Notes: generated from the letters alone by a model not told the origin. A stretch of 64,000 nucleotides of DNA from Coleofasciculus chthonoplastes F2-STO-03 (GCA_040222015.1 JAVJWO010000018.1:31048-95047), one strand, 5' to 3'; positions 1-12,862 are shown, counted from the stretch's first letter. Program-made: numbers and translations.

Positions 1-1595
1 TTGCCATTTTGCCGTCCTAATGCCACAGGACCCAAGCGATCGCTCATTCCGAAGCGGGTGATCATTTGGCGGGCGACGCGGGCGACTTGCTGTAAGTCAT
101 TCGACGCCCCTGTCGTCACTTCTTCTTCACCGAAGATAATTTCCTCAGCGATTCGTCCCCCCAACGCAACCGCCATTTGATTTTGCAGGTAGGAACGGGA
201 ATACAACCCAGAATCCATCCGGTCTTCACTGGGCGTAAACCAAGTTAATCCACCCGCCCGACCGCGTGGGATAATACTAACTTTCTGCACCGGGTCATAA
301 TCGGGCATTAACGCACCCACCAAAGCGTGACCCGCTTCATGATACGCGACTAACCGCTTGCGCTTCTCGCTCATCACCCGGTCTTTCTTCTCTGGTCCCG
401 CTAATACCCGGTCGATGGCGTCATTTACCTCATCCATGGAGATTTCGGTGAGGTTGCGCCGTGCGGCTAAGATCGCGGCTTCGTTGAGCAAGTTGGATAA
501 ATCGGCACCCGTGAAGCCAGGAGTCCGACGGGCAATTTTCTCTAAGTCTACATCCTTAGATAAGGTCTTGCCGCGAGCGTGAACGTTGAGAATTTCCAAA
601 CGTCCGGCGTAGTCGGGGCGATCCACGACCACCTGACGGTCAAACCGACCAGGGCGCAATAATGCTGAATCCAGAACATCAGGACGGTTGGTGGCGGCAA
701 TAATAATAATACCCGTATTGCCTTCAAACCCATCCATTTCCGTCAGCAACTGGTTCAGGGTTTGTTCCCGCTCATCGTTACCGCCGCCTAAGCCAGCACC
801 CCGTTGACGACCTACGGCGTCAATTTCATCGATAAATACGATACAAGGGGCACTATTCTTGGCTTGCTCGAATAAGTCACGGACACGAGACGCACCCACA
901 CCCACGAACATTTCCACGAATTCAGACCCGGAAATGGAGAAGAAGGGTACACCAGCTTCCCCAGCAACAGCACGCGCTAAGAGGGTTTTACCCGTTCCCG
1001 GAGGTCCAACAAGCAGCACCCCTTTGGGAATTTTTGCACCAATGGCGGTGAAGCGATCGGCGTTTTTGAGGAAGTCAACCACTTCGTTGAGTTCCAGCTT
1101 GGCTTGCTCAATCCCCGCCACATCGCCAAACGTGACCTGGGTTTGCGGTTCCATCTGGACTCGGGCTTTAGATTTGCCGAAGTTCATCGCTTGAGAACCC
1201 GGACCATTTTGCGCCCGCCGCAGTAAGAAAAATAAACCCACCAGAAGCAGGATCGGGAAGAAGAGTCCGCTCAGGGTTCTGAACCAGAACCCATCATCAC
1301 TCTGAGGGCGAACTTTAATATCTACGTTATTGTTGGTGAGAATACTGATTAGTTCTGGATCGTTAGGCAGGTTGACCTGGTACTGGGTACCGTCTTGAGC
1401 GGTTACCATTGCCTGAGTGCGGTCAGAACTTAGTTGAACGATCTCGACCTTCTTGCTATTAACGTTATCAATGAACTGGTCGTATCTCCAGGTTTCCCGC
1501 GTTTGGGACGGTTGGTCTAAAAATGCTGTTGCTAAGGCGATGACTACTATCGCTAGTAGTGCATAAAGCCCCGCATTTCTCCATTTTTTATTCAC
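1..1595 (-). CDS. ftsH: ATP-dependent zinc metalloprotease FtsH (FtsH3-like); 3' end runs off the window
   Basis: Not in the ORF track; translated by hand from GTG at 1595: [14 protein letters not shown]..., Walker [27 protein letters not shown], Zn motif HEAGH. Confidence 0.97.
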   Translation of the reverse strand, partial: MNKKWRNAGLYALLAIVVIALATAFLDQPSQTRETWRYDQFIDNVNSKKVEIVQLSSDRTQAMVTAQDGTQYQVNLPNDPELISILTNNNVDIKVRPQSDDGFWFRTLSGLFFPILLLVGLFFLLRRAQNGPGSQAMNFGKSKARVQMEPQTQVTFGDVAGIEQAKLELNEVVDFLKNADRFTAIGAKIPKGVLLVGPPGTGKTLLARAVAGEAGVPFFSISGSEFVEMFVGVGASRVRDLFEQAKNSAPCIVFIDEIDAVGRQRGAGLGGGNDEREQTLNQLLTEMDGFEGNTGIIIIAATNRPDVLDSALLRPGRFDRQVVVDRPDYAGRLEILNVHARGKTLSKDVDLEKIARRTPGFTGADLSNLLNEAAILAARRNLTEISMDEVNDAIDRVLAGPEKKDRVMSEKRKRLVAYHEAGHALVGALMPDYDPVQKVSIIPRGRAGGLTWFTPSEDRMDSGLYSRSYLQNQMAVALGGRIAEEIIFGEEEVTTGASNDLQQVARVARQMITRFGMSDRLGPVALGRQNG

Positions 1596-1758
1596 TACTG
1601 ATTTCCTCCTAAGACTTAGGATGTGATGTGATGGCGTCGAATCTGCTGATTATATTAACTAATGTTAACGTCTATCAGATTATTTGGCGAAGTTGGTTCT
1701 TGTCAAACCGGGAAAATTAGCTAATTTTCTCTTGATGTAGTATAATTAAGAGTTGTAA

Positions 1759-2574
1759 TTATTTTTTAGACGCTGCAAATAAACGCTGCAACGGTGCTAA
1801 ACCACCGGAAAGGGAACGATACTCAAACCGTTGATCTGCGGTGAGAACGGTGTGAATTGGGATGATTTCCATAACACTATTGGTATAAGCGATCGCGTCA
1901 AACTCCTGCACTAATTTCTGATTCCAGGGAACTTGGCAAATTTTTAATCCTTGTTGTTCAAGGCGACTAATCAGGTGCGATCGCGCCACTCCCGGTAATA
2001 TCCCCCCATCAATCGGTGGAGTCCACCAGCAGCCGTCTTTAGCGCCCCAAAGATTCCCTGTACTCGTTTCCAACCAATTCCCCTGATCATCAACTAATAT
2101 AGCCTCCTGAGCGCCGAGTTGTTGTGCCGTTTGCAGCGCCAGCCATCCGCCCAGATAGTTTCCAGTTTTATAGGTGGGTAAAGAACGGCGCAAGTGTGAC
2201 GCTTCAGCTAACCAGGCGATTATTCCATGCTGTTGGCGTTCGCTTAAATCAGCGGGTAGAGGACGCCCCGTAATCCATTCTCGCCCATCCGGGAAAACCA
2301 CAATTCTCAGTACCGGAAATGAGGGGAGTAATTGTTCTGCACCGTGGCGGATGCGTTCCCAGTCGGGGAATTGCCAGCCAAACACCTGCAAGCTGTGACG
2401 TAAACGCGCACAATGGGCGTCCCAATGAGTTAAGGGGTGGGCGAGGGAGTGGTGGTAAACACGCAGGGTGGTAAAGGTTGTCGCCCCGTAAATTAAGCCT
2501 GGATCAGTGATGGCGAGTTCGATCCGATCGCCTAGAATAAGTTGACCGTTATACCAATAACTGACTTTAGTCAT
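1759..2574 (-). CDS. Aminotransferase class IV (PabC/IlvE-like)
   Basis: DPGLIYGATTFTTLR, YKTGNY (PLP lysine), ETSTGNLW, GILPGVAR motifs. Confidence 0.88.
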   Translation of the reverse strand: MTKVSYWYNGQLILGDRIELAITDPGLIYGATTFTTLRVYHHSLAHPLTHWDAHCARLRHSLQVFGWQFPDWERIRHGAEQLLPSFPVLRIVVFPDGREWITGRPLPADLSERQQHGIIAWLAEASHLRRSLPTYKTGNYLGGWLALQTAQQLGAQEAILVDDQGNWLETSTGNLWGAKDGCWWTPPIDGGILPGVARSHLISRLEQQGLKICQVPWNQKLVQEFDAIAYTNSVMEIIPIHTVLTADQRFEYRSLSGGLAPLQRLFAASKK

Positions 2575-2749
2575 TTGTCATTTGTCATTTGTCATTTGTC
2601 ATTTGTCATTTGTCATTTGTCATTTGTCATTCGTCATTTGTCATTTGTCATTCGTCATTTGTCATTTGTCATTTGTCATTTGTCATTTGTCATTCGTCAT
2701 TTGTCATTTGTCATTTGTCATTTGTCATTTGTCATTCGTCATTTGTCAT
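2570..2749. repeat. STRR2-type heptamer tandem array (GTCATTT/GTCATTC), about 25 units
   Basis: Read directly; source of the spurious SFVICHL ORFs. Confidence 0.97.
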
Positions 2750-2786
2750 ACTCGCTTCGCGAGAAGCAAGCTACGTCATTTGTAAG

Positions 2787-2852
2787 GTAGGGCGGGTTTT
2801 GTTGTTCATTTATTTGTGAATAGCCGAATTTAGTCCCTAAACCCGCCCCTAC
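2787..2852. repeat. REP doublet, family A (GGCGGGTTT ... AAACCCGCCCCTAC)
   Basis: Inverted arms around a ~38 nt loop; same arms as those flanking the RAYT. Confidence 0.85.
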
Positions 2853-2935
2853 AGTATTTCCGCCACGCTGTAGTCTGGGTTATGAGGGCGGTAGTTAACC
2901 GGGATTTAGTATTATACATTATACCAAGAAACGCC

Positions 2936-4522
2936 CTATTGTAATTTCGCGATCGCGCCTTTTTCTACTAACAGTTTCCCCGTCTGTAAATCCTTAACTG
3001 TCGCCACTAGCACCCGTCGTTCATCTACCTCAAATTGAACTGAAATTCGGTCAACTCCCACCTGTCCCGGTGGATCTAAATGTGCCACACAAACCTGTTC
3101 GCGATCGCTATCCAAGGAACGATACGCCGCTTGCTTGAATAACTGACTACTGGTCATCCGTCCCAAGCTATCATAGGTCACTTCAGATTGTGCCATTTCT
3201 GCCACTTCGCCAATATCCAAACGTATTTCCCGTTGTCCTTCAATGGCGACTTGTAAGGTTAACGGTTCGCCCCGTTCACAGGGATATTGTATCCCTTTTT
3301 CAAATAATGTGAAATAGGAATAACTTTTAGCATACGGTTCCCATAAGCGAATGGCATAACTGTGGCGCAAATAATCATCCACACTCGCCACTTGATTTAA
3401 CGCTAACGCCCCGTATGCCACGGCTTCAAAGGGCTTATCTAGCTTAACCTTTGTCTTGCCAAAATAGGATCGGATCAACTGCTGGACAGCCGGAATTAAA
3501 CAACTCCCCCCCACTAACAACACCTGTTCAATATCACTCTTACTAATTCCTTTACCTAGGGCAATCGTCAATACTTCATCCAACGCTTCCCGCAACTGTT
3601 CCAAAAACTGGCGATTTTCCAGAATCTCTTCTAACTTATCCCGATCTAGGTACAAGTTATATGAGGTAAATGTCTCCTCATCTAACCAACTCTCCTTCGC
3701 TTCCTGAGTATTGGATAAGCGAATTTTCAATCGTTCAGCTAACTCTAATAAATTCTGCCACCCCACCTCACCAATCTCTTCCCTTGACCATCCTTGCTGA
3801 TGCAAATAGTCTTCAACAATCCAACTATCCACATCTTCCCCCCCGATGTATGCATCGGATTTCGCTAACACTTCTGCCCGTAATACCGTTTCGCCATCGC
3901 GCTTGGCTGCATCCAGTTGCGGTGCGGTGCGAACTAAACTTAAATCCAGTGTCCCGCCACCAAAATCCACCACCAATACCAAGGAATTCGGACGCTGTAC
4001 CGCATAGCCTAACGCCGCTGCTGTGGATTCATCCACCAGCTTAATTTGCTCCACATCCAGGCGACGTGCCACCTCACGAAACCAATCTAAATAGCGCTCG
4101 AATGCGCCCACAGGTACAGTTAAAATAAGCTGAGAGGGGTTAATTTTTTGGGCTTTGAGTTGCTGCCAGATAGATTGGATAAATTGTTCGGAAACCGATT
4201 CAGCCGTGTAGGCTTCACCATTAATTATACGCGGAGGCGGTTGAAAATCAGCCGCTAAATCTCGTTTAAAGCCTTTGAAAAAGCGAGTCGGTTGGGATTG
4301 TCCTAATCGCTGGGAACGAACTTGTTCTCCTAGGAGTATTTGGTTATTGTCTTTGATAAAAACTAAGGTAGGAATAACGGGGATATCTGGCTCACTTGAG
4401 TTCGTTTTAAACAGGCGAGAGAGTGAACCGAGTCGGAGGGTTTTAGGACTATTGGTATCGGCTTCAAGTATACTGACAACTGTGTTGCTTGTACCGAAGT
4501 CAATTGCAACTGTATTGGTCAT
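2936..4522 (-). CDS. Atypical Hsp70/DnaK-family protein
   Basis: AIDFGTSNT, DESTAAALGY, VDFGGGTLD, LVGGSCLIP actin-fold ATPase motifs; short non-canonical C-terminus. Confidence 0.9.
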   Translation of the reverse strand: MTNTVAIDFGTSNTVVSILEADTNSPKTLRLGSLSRLFKTNSSEPDIPVIPTLVFIKDNNQILLGEQVRSQRLGQSQPTRFFKGFKRDLAADFQPPPRIINGEAYTAESVSEQFIQSIWQQLKAQKINPSQLILTVPVGAFERYLDWFREVARRLDVEQIKLVDESTAAALGYAVQRPNSLVLVVDFGGGTLDLSLVRTAPQLDAAKRDGETVLRAEVLAKSDAYIGGEDVDSWIVEDYLHQQGWSREEIGEVGWQNLLELAERLKIRLSNTQEAKESWLDEETFTSYNLYLDRDKLEEILENRQFLEQLREALDEVLTIALGKGISKSDIEQVLLVGGSCLIPAVQQLIRSYFGKTKVKLDKPFEAVAYGALALNQVASVDDYLRHSYAIRLWEPYAKSYSYFTLFEKGIQYPCERGEPLTLQVAIEGQREIRLDIGEVAEMAQSEVTYDSLGRMTSSQLFKQAAYRSLDSDREQVCVAHLDPPGQVGVDRISVQFEVDERRVLVATVKDLQTGKLLVEKGAIAKLQ

Positions 4523-4569
4523 TGTTCATTCGTCATTCGTCAAATAGTTATCGCACTCAAAAGGTAGTC

Positions 4570-4633
4570 AGGGCGGGTTTTGCACAAAAGTTATTATTAA
4601 CAGCTAAACAAAAGTCCCTAAACCCGCCCCTAC
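4570..4633. repeat. REP doublet, family A
   Basis: agggcgggtttt ... aaacccgcccctac. Confidence 0.85.
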
Positions 4634-4647
4634 ACACTCAACACTCA

Positions 4648-5190
4648 CTAATGTGACACTCCCCTCGGTAAGGTACGACTGACTTTAGCGGGACAAAGTA
4701 TTCGATCATGATCTCGATAACCGACAAATCGAATATAAACGAGTTCTCCTTCTGTGATATCGTCAACATCAGGTTGGTGCAGTTGAGAATTATAAGGAAC
4801 CTGTTCCCAGGGTTGACCAATGGGTTCATACCCCCAAGTTTGGATCAGATTCTCTAGGGGAGTAAAGAGTGCGACTAAATTTTTAGCTGGTAAATCCGGG
4901 CGGGCTTCGATCATCCGGCAAGCGGTGGGATAATTGGTCAGTAGGGGGCGTAGTTCTTCAAAGGTGGTATCTTGGATATCTGTGGATAATTGCTGCGATC
5001 GCGCTTCGAGTTCATACCGTAGCCGCTGACATTGTGCCTCTAATTCCTTGATTTGAGTGGAGTCAGCAACGGAGACTAAGGCAGAATGGTTTTCAGGTCT
5101 TTTTTTCGGACCAAAACGACTAATGAGTAAAGTGGTGAAGACAAACCACAGCAGTAAACCAAGCCCCAAGAGGTTAGGATCATGAGCCAT
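4648..5190 (-). CDS. Membrane-anchored GrpE-like protein
   Basis: N-terminal TM helix, coiled coil, GrpE head-like tail (YNSQLHQ...VYIRFVGY...ILCPAKV); directly upstream of the Hsp70 gene. Confidence 0.7.
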   Translation of the reverse strand: MAHDPNLLGLGLLLWFVFTTLLISRFGPKKRPENHSALVSVADSTQIKELEAQCQRLRYELEARSQQLSTDIQDTTFEELRPLLTNYPTACRMIEARPDLPAKNLVALFTPLENLIQTWGYEPIGQPWEQVPYNSQLHQPDVDDITEGELVYIRFVGYRDHDRILCPAKVSRTLPRGVSH

Positions 5191-5203
5191 GTTACCACTC
5201 CTC

Positions 5204-5416
5204 TTAATATTGATTTAGGCTCGTGGTTTGATCTGTCGTTATGGTTTCGTCACCTTCATAGTATTCTGGCAGCAATTCTTTGGTTTCTACGTCTCCGAGA
5301 TCCGCTTCAATCCCTTTAGTGGTTTCGGTACAACTTGATCCAGTAGCACCGATGACGGTTTCAGTGATTTTGCCATCTTTGCCAATGCGATATTCGATCT
5401 TTTGATACTCTGCCAT
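5204..5416 (-). CDS. DUF2997-like small protein
   Basis: IEYRIGKDGKITETVIGATGSSC...EYY pattern; start chosen at ATG 5416. Confidence 0.75.
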   Translation of the reverse strand: MAEYQKIEYRIGKDGKITETVIGATGSSCTETTKGIEADLGDVETKELLPEYYEGDETITTDQTTSLNQY

Positions 5417-5473
5417 ATTTCTTTCCGAACCCAATAATTAACTACAGTTTAAAGGACTGAGACGGAGCAACTA

Positions 5474-5600
5474 GAGCGGGTTTAGTCAAGTTATCAGTTT
5501 GTGTTGTGGCAAAACGTTATCGGTAAAACCCACCCCTACACCCCATACCCTACACCCTACACCCCATACCCTACACCCCATACCCTACACCCCACACCCG
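5474..5600. repeat. REP doublet (family A) followed by a degenerate heptamer array (ACCCCAT/ACCCTAC)
   Basis: Read directly. Confidence 0.8.
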
Positions 5601-5603
5601 ACA

Positions 5604-6893
5604 TCATGGCAAGGGTGGAGTATTGGCACGATACCAGGCATCAAGTGCTAGTTGATGCACCTCCCGCCAGGATAAATTATAGTCTCGTGCGATCGCGGCA
5701 CAGTCTTCATATTCGGGTTGAACGTTGGCGATGGCGTTTTGAACTCCGGAAGCACGACTGGCAACTTTTACCCGCACCGTGCCATACTTGGTCTCGACTC
5801 GCTCGATTACCCGTTGCAGAATCGTGCGTTGCTGGGTAAAGTGGCGAATACCCAGGGTTGTCGTTTCTCTAAATAAAATATCTTCACAAACGGTTAATTT
5901 TTCCGGTGGGCAAATCACGGTGAGTAATACCCCAGGACGAGATTTTTTCATGCCAATGGCTTGGGTAAATACATCCAACGCCCCAGCATTAAATAGCACC
6001 TCGAAGACATACCCAATCACTTGGGGATTTAAGTCATCAATTTGGGTTTCTATCACACAAACTGTTTCTTGGCAAGGGTAATCACTGATAAAATTAGCGC
6101 CGTCTTGTCCTCGAAACTGAATCCCCAACTCTGAAGCTTCTCCAATCCAAAGTCGCAGGATATTCGGAATCGCCAATTCACTGGTTCCTGCACCATGACC
6201 AATCTTATGAATAATCATTGCCGGAGGAGATCCAAATTGAGTAGCAAGGGTGACAGCAATCGCTGCACCCGTGGGCGTGACCAATTCGCGATCGATACCG
6301 TTACTATAAATAGGGACTTGCCGAGATTCCCATAGTTTTAAAACGGCTGGAACCGGAACAGGCAATCGACCATGGGCAGCTTGTACTGTACCGCCTCCTG
6401 TGGGTAAGGGAGAACAGTAGAGTCGGTCAATGCCCAACCAATCCAACCCCAAACAAGTGCCGACAATATCCACTAAGGCATCTGTAGCACCCACTTCATG
6501 GAAATGCACGGCTTCGGGTGCCATCCCGTGAACAGCCCCTTCTGCCTCTGCTAAGTTGCGAAAGATTGCCAAACTCCAATCCACAACTTGTGAGGGTAAT
6601 CCAGCGGTTGTAATCAGATGTTCAACATCTGCTAAGTGTCGGCTATGCTCATGGTTTGACGGTTCAGCATGATCATGGTGATCCGTTTGATGGAGCAAAT
6701 TCACATGGACTTTAGTAGCTAATTGACCTTGGCGGTGGACTGATTCTGCCCCTAACCGATACTCATGGTCAATTCCCAACCCTTTTAACTTTTCACTTAA
6801 ATACTCTAACGGCACTCCTGCTGCCACGAGTGCTCCCAAGCACATATCACCAGCAATTCCACTCTGACAGTCTAGGTAGGCGAGTTTTGGCAT
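5604..6893 (-). CDS. larC: Nickel-pincer cofactor biosynthesis protein LarC
   Basis: GIAGDMCLGAL, His-rich insert, VHFHEVGATD, ELVTPTGAA, MKKSRPG, ETTTLGIR, PEYEDC. Confidence 0.93.
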   Translation of the reverse strand: MPKLAYLDCQSGIAGDMCLGALVAAGVPLEYLSEKLKGLGIDHEYRLGAESVHRQGQLATKVHVNLLHQTDHHDHAEPSNHEHSRHLADVEHLITTAGLPSQVVDWSLAIFRNLAEAEGAVHGMAPEAVHFHEVGATDALVDIVGTCLGLDWLGIDRLYCSPLPTGGGTVQAAHGRLPVPVPAVLKLWESRQVPIYSNGIDRELVTPTGAAIAVTLATQFGSPPAMIIHKIGHGAGTSELAIPNILRLWIGEASELGIQFRGQDGANFISDYPCQETVCVIETQIDDLNPQVIGYVFEVLFNAGALDVFTQAIGMKKSRPGVLLTVICPPEKLTVCEDILFRETTTLGIRHFTQQRTILQRVIERVETKYGTVRVKVASRASGVQNAIANVQPEYEDCAAIARDYNLSWREVHQLALDAWYRANTPPLP

Positions 6894-7070
6894 TACGTTT
6901 TGAATCCTGAAGGGTGATTAGCTGTAACCAAAAGGCTGGAAACCTTTACCCATTATTGCCCAAAATTGGGTAGAGATTTGTTCTGAGAGAATGGGTCTGC
7001 CAAGAGTATGTATACTTTATTGGTATACCTATCCAGCCAAAAACCACAGCTAGGTAGGTGAGAGAGATAG

Positions 7071-7191
7071 CCGCCAGTTAGGTGGTGTTAGCCTGTGGAC
7101 TGGGAAGGTGCCGACACCGCCAGAGTGAAGCAGGAAGTAAGTTCCAGATGTGTCCATAAGTGGACAGATTTGGGTAGATCTTATGTAACGG
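7071..7191 (+). mobile_element. Orphan TnpB-type (IS607/IS605-like) right end / omega-RNA scaffold remnant
   Basis: ccgccagttaggtgg..gcctgtggac..gtgccgacac..tgaagcaggaag..ttatgtaacgg resembles tnpB 3' ends as I recall them; shares gcctgtggac and tgaagcaggaa with 7941-8058; no ORF. Confidence 0.6.
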
Positions 7192-7461
7192 TCTACATCT
7201 ATTGTAGGGAAAGGAGAATGGGGGGTGGGGGATTGGGGAGATAGGGAAGATGAGGGAGATGGGGTTGTAGGGGTTTGGTCTCCAAACCCCATTTCTTATG
7301 TAGGGGGAGATGGGCAAGGAAAGGACGAATGACGAATGACCAATGACCAATGACCAATAACGATTAAAAATACTTTAAGTATTGTTACTTTGGCATGGTA
7401 TGATCGCCTATGGCTAGATGCGATCCAGCCAATTTTGATGGACTAGCGTTTGCTGCTGCCT

Positions 7462-7905
7462 GTGAACTTGTCAGACAACTCTGTACAACCCAAGCCCACA
7501 CCGGAGGAAAGTCCACCAGGGAGTTCTCAGACTTCCCCTGAAAATTCCTCAATGCAAGAGTACTACCAACTTAAACAAGCGTTGTTGTCGGTCACTCTGG
7601 CAATGACAGGGGTGGTTTTTGTCTCTGTCTGGATTTTCTACTCACTCAACATCGCCTTGAATTATTTGATCGGGGCGTGCGTTGGTGTGGTTTACTTGAG
7701 AATGTTGGCGAAAGACGTTGAGCGGTTAGGTGTCCAAAAGAGGCGTCCGAGTTCAACTCGGTTGGCTTTATTGATTGGACTATTAGTCGTTGCCAGTCAA
7801 TGGCAGAGTTTACGCATTCTGCCCATATTTTTAGGATTTCTGACGTATAAAGCTGCGCTTATCGCTTATATGCTGCAAAGCACCTTGTTGCCTACGTCAA
7901 AGTAA
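7462..7905 (+). CDS. atp1: ATP synthase protein I (cyanobacterial Atp1)
   Basis: [10 protein letters not shown]...[13 protein letters not shown]...GFLTYKAAL; first gene of the atp cluster; start uncertain (7450 or 7462). Confidence 0.92.
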   Translation: MNLSDNSVQPKPTPEESPPGSSQTSPENSSMQEYYQLKQALLSVTLAMTGVVFVSVWIFYSLNIALNYLIGACVGVVYLRMLAKDVERLGVQKRRPSSTRLALLIGLLVVASQWQSLRILPIFLGFLTYKAALIAYMLQSTLLPTSK

Positions 7906-7940
7906 GTTCCCATGGTCAGGGCAGCCAACGCATCCAAACA

Positions 7941-8058
7941 GTAGGGTAGGCTACACCCGAACTTAACGCCTGTGGACAGGAGATAACTCCCTTGGATGAA
8001 GCAGGAAACAGACTGGGCAATTGTTCAATGGACAATTGTCAATCCTTTCTGTGTAGTC
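7941..8058 (+). mobile_element. Second orphan TnpB-type omega-RNA/right-end remnant, between atp1 and the subunit a gene
   Basis: gtagggtaggctacacccgaacttaacgcctgtggac...ttggatgaagcaggaa. Confidence 0.55.
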
Positions 8059-8100
8059 GTTTCAACCAAAGGATAGAAGATAGCTGGGGAAATCTCCGGA

Positions 8101-8841
8101 ATGGAAATGATAGATGGTTTGGCGTTCTATAATGCTTTCCCCCTTGCTGAACTAGAAGTTGGTCAGCATCTGTATTGGCATATCGGAAATTTAAAGGTTC
8201 ATGGTCAGGTATTTATTACCTCCTGGGTCGTGATTGCCATTCTGATTATTGCCTCGATTGCTGGTACTCGTAACATTCAGCGCATTCCTAGTGGTCTCCA
8301 AAATTTTATGGAGTATGCCCTGGAATTTTTGCGGGATTTAGCCAAAAATCAAATCGGGGAAAAAGAATATCGTCCCTGGGTGCCCTTTGTGGGGACGTTA
8401 TTTTTGTTCATTTTTGTGGCAAATTGGTCTGGGGCACTTGTTCCCTGGAAGCTGATTGAGCTGCCCGAAGGTGAATTAGCGGCACCAACCAGTGATATTA
8501 ATACTACAGTGGCGTTTGCGCTGCTGACCTCCTTAGCGTATTTTTACGCGGGTCTGAGCAAGAAAGGCTTGGGGTATTTTGCTGGTTATGCCCAACCAAC
8601 TCCCATCCTGCTGCCGTTTAAGGTTCTGGAAGATTTTACCAAACCTCTCTCCCTCAGTTTCCGTCTGTTTGGCAACATTTTGGCAGATGAACTGGTGGTG
8701 GCAGTATTGGTGCTGTTGGTTCCGCTGTTCGTACCTCTCCCGGTGATGGCATTGGGTTTATTTACCAGTGCGATTCAGGCGCTGATCTTTGCTACCCTAG
8801 CAGCGGCTTATATTGGGGAGGCGATGGAAGACCATCATTAG
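8101..8841 (+). CDS. atpB: F0F1 ATP synthase subunit a (cyanobacterial atpI)
   Basis: [34 protein letters not shown]. Confidence 0.99.
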   Translation: MEMIDGLAFYNAFPLAELEVGQHLYWHIGNLKVHGQVFITSWVVIAILIIASIAGTRNIQRIPSGLQNFMEYALEFLRDLAKNQIGEKEYRPWVPFVGTLFLFIFVANWSGALVPWKLIELPEGELAAPTSDINTTVAFALLTSLAYFYAGLSKKGLGYFAGYAQPTPILLPFKVLEDFTKPLSLSFRLFGNILADELVVAVLVLLVPLFVPLPVMALGLFTSAIQALIFATLAAAYIGEAMEDHH

Positions 8842-8925
8842 CGATTTGAGGCTAGTGATTAAGATTTGCCACTTCCGTCTTGTGAACAATCAAAAAATTC
8901 GGCTGTGTCTAGCGAATTGGTTTAG

Positions 8926-9234
<309 letters not shown>

Positions 9235-9250
9235 CACTTGATGCCACAAG

Positions 9251-9285
9251 AGCATTCAGACCCCAATGACTGAGGTCTGGATGCT
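9251..9285 (+). promoter_or_regulatory. Stem-loop after the subunit c gene (possible mRNA stabiliser or partial terminator)
   Basis: agcattcagacc ... ggtctggatgct, 12 bp stem with one G-U. Confidence 0.55.
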
Positions 9286-9380
9286 ATTGATCTGGAGGAC
9301 TATTGAAATCTAAAACGCTATCCCATCCCAACTAAAAAGCTAACAATTTTGTTTGTGCGCTGTGGGATTACCAAAACATC

Positions 9381-9872
9381 ATGATACATTGGACAATTTT
9401 ACTAGCTGTTGAAGCAGCAGAAGAGGCAGCCGAAGGAGGGTTATTTGATTTTGATGCCACCCTACCTCTGATGGCATTGCAATTTTTAATTTTGGTGGCG
9501 ATATTGAATGCGGTTTTTTATAAGCCACTCAGTAACGCCATTGATGGACGGGATGACTACATCCGCCAGAACCGATTAGAAGCACGGGAACGCTTAGAAA
9601 AAGCTCAGAATCTGGCGAAACAGTATGAGCAAGAACTAGCAGAAACTCGTCGCAAGTCACAAGCAACGATTGCCGCTGCTCAAGCTGATGCTCAGAAAAT
9701 AGCGGCTGATAAAATGGCTCAAGCTCAAGCGGAAGCCCAGGCACAACGAGAGCAAGCCCAAAAAGAAATTGACCAACAAAAAGCTGAAGCGATGACATCC
9801 TTAGAACAAGAAGTGGATTCGCTTTCGCGTCAGATTCTGGAAAAACTTGTTGGACCAGAGTTGGTTAAGTAA
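9381..9872 (+). CDS. atpF2: F0F1 ATP synthase subunit b' (cyanobacterial atpG)
   Basis: [17 protein letters not shown], coiled coil, operon position. Confidence 0.97.
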   Translation: MIHWTILLAVEAAEEAAEGGLFDFDATLPLMALQFLILVAILNAVFYKPLSNAIDGRDDYIRQNRLEARERLEKAQNLAKQYEQELAETRRKSQATIAAAQADAQKIAADKMAQAQAEAQAQREQAQKEIDQQKAEAMTSLEQEVDSLSRQILEKLVGPELVK

Positions 9873-10049
9873 TGTCGGCTTTATCCGGGTAGCGAAGCAG
9901 GGGTTTGCGAGAGTTTGACCCCTAGTCTTTTGTCTGTGGTGTGATCAAAAATAACGCCGGACAAAAATTCCAGCCCGTTTAAACGTTACCCAGCGTTAGC
10001 GGTAAAGCCGCATAGCAGTTTTCAATTAAAGCAGGTGTATATGGCTATT

Positions 10050-10571
10050 ATGGGTAGTTTTTCAATGTTAGCTACCGCCGAAAGAGGATTTGGTCTCAAC
10101 CTCGATATTTTAGAAACCAATGTGATTAATTTGGTGATTATTATCGGGGTACTGATTTACTTTGGGCGATCATTTTTAGGGAATACCCTATCGGAGCGAC
10201 GTTCCAGTATTGAAAACGCCATTAGCGATGCCGAAAAGCAGAAGAAAGACGCCGCCGCCGCCTTAGCGGATGCCCAGCAAAAGCTGGCACAAGCCCAAGC
10301 GGAAGCTGAAAAGATTCGGGCAAAGGCAGAAGAAAATGCCAACGTCGCTAGAGAATCAATTTTGGCAGCGTCGGCTAAAGATGTGGAACGGATGAAAGCG
10401 TCAGCCGTTCAGGATTTAAACTCAGAACGGGAACGTGCGATCGCACAACTTCGCCAACAGGTAGTTGCCTTAGCTATGGAGCGTGTCGAGTCGCAACTCA
10501 AAAGTCAGTTAGACGAATCGGCACAGCATACCTTAGTTGACCGCAGCATTGAGCGAGTAGGAGCGAGATAA
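10050..10571 (+). CDS. atpF: F0F1 ATP synthase subunit b
   Basis: GFGLNLDILETNVINL; start could be 10035, 10041 or 10050. Confidence 0.97.
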   Translation: MGSFSMLATAERGFGLNLDILETNVINLVIIIGVLIYFGRSFLGNTLSERRSSIENAISDAEKQKKDAAAALADAQQKLAQAQAEAEKIRAKAEENANVARESILAASAKDVERMKASAVQDLNSERERAIAQLRQQVVALAMERVESQLKSQLDESAQHTLVDRSIERVGAR

Positions 10572-10573
10572 TT

Positions 10574-11131
10574 ATGAAAGGAAGTTCATTTAGTGCTGAG
10601 GTAGTTGAGCCTTATGCAGAGGCGTTGATGTCTGTGGCTCAAGAACATAACCTCGTGGATAAATTCGGTGAAGATGTTGCCGCGTTGCTCGATACGTTAA
10701 AAGAATCAGAGGAATTGCAGCAATTTTTAGGCAATCCGATTGTCAAAGCCGAGGACAAAAAAGCCGTCTTAGAACAAATCAGCGGGGATCAAATTCACCC
10801 CTACATGGTGAATTTTTTAAAGATTCTCGTAGAGCGGCGGCGCATTCTGTTTTTGAGAGACGTATGTAAGCAGTATCAAGCACTTTTGCGAGAGTTAAAA
10901 CAAGCGGTTTTAGCTGAAGTCGTCTCCGCCGTTGAACTCAATGACGACCAAAAGCAGGCGGTGCGCCAGAAAGTTCTCACCATGACCAATGCCCAAGATG
11001 TAGAACTAGATACCCAAATTGACGCCGATTTACTCGGTGGTGTGATTATTAAAGTGGAGTCTCAAGTTGTTGATGCCAGTCTGCGTGGACAACTGCGTCG
11101 TATTGGTGTGAGCTTGAGTCGTTCGACTTAA
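10574..11131 (+). CDS. atpH: F0F1 ATP synthase subunit delta (cyanobacterial atpD)
   Basis: EPYAEALM...LLGGVIIKVESQVVDASLRGQL. Confidence 0.97.
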   Translation: MKGSSFSAEVVEPYAEALMSVAQEHNLVDKFGEDVAALLDTLKESEELQQFLGNPIVKAEDKKAVLEQISGDQIHPYMVNFLKILVERRRILFLRDVCKQYQALLRELKQAVLAEVVSAVELNDDQKQAVRQKVLTMTNAQDVELDTQIDADLLGGVIIKVESQVVDASLRGQLRRIGVSLSRST

Positions 11132-11265
11132 ATGTCAAACGTCATGTTCCAGATGTAGCAGTCTACGTCTGTGATAAGTCATAAGCTAAATTCACGAGGC
11201 AAATGACGAATGACCAATGACATAAGACCAATGACATAAGACAAAAAAGTAGAGGGATTAGTTGA

Positions 11266-12783
<1,518 letters not shown>

Positions 12784-12862
12784 CGTTCCTCGTTCAGAGT
12801 TCAGGGTTCATGGGTAACAAGTCCTGAACCCTGGACAATCAAGACTTAACCATAAACAGACT

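Noticed and set aside
358..1194. Plus-strand ORFs at the window start
   Set aside because: Antisense shadows of ftsH
2542..2819. ORFs of repeating SFVICHL
   Set aside because: Translations of the heptamer tandem array in three frames
5604..6893. larC without larA/B/E as a novel pathway
   Set aside because: Scattered lar genes are common in cyanobacteria; partners may lie elsewhere in the genome
11146..11170. Apparent third omega-RNA fragment (gttccagatgt...tctac) before atpA
   Set aside because: Too short; better explained as a degenerate family B REP hairpin
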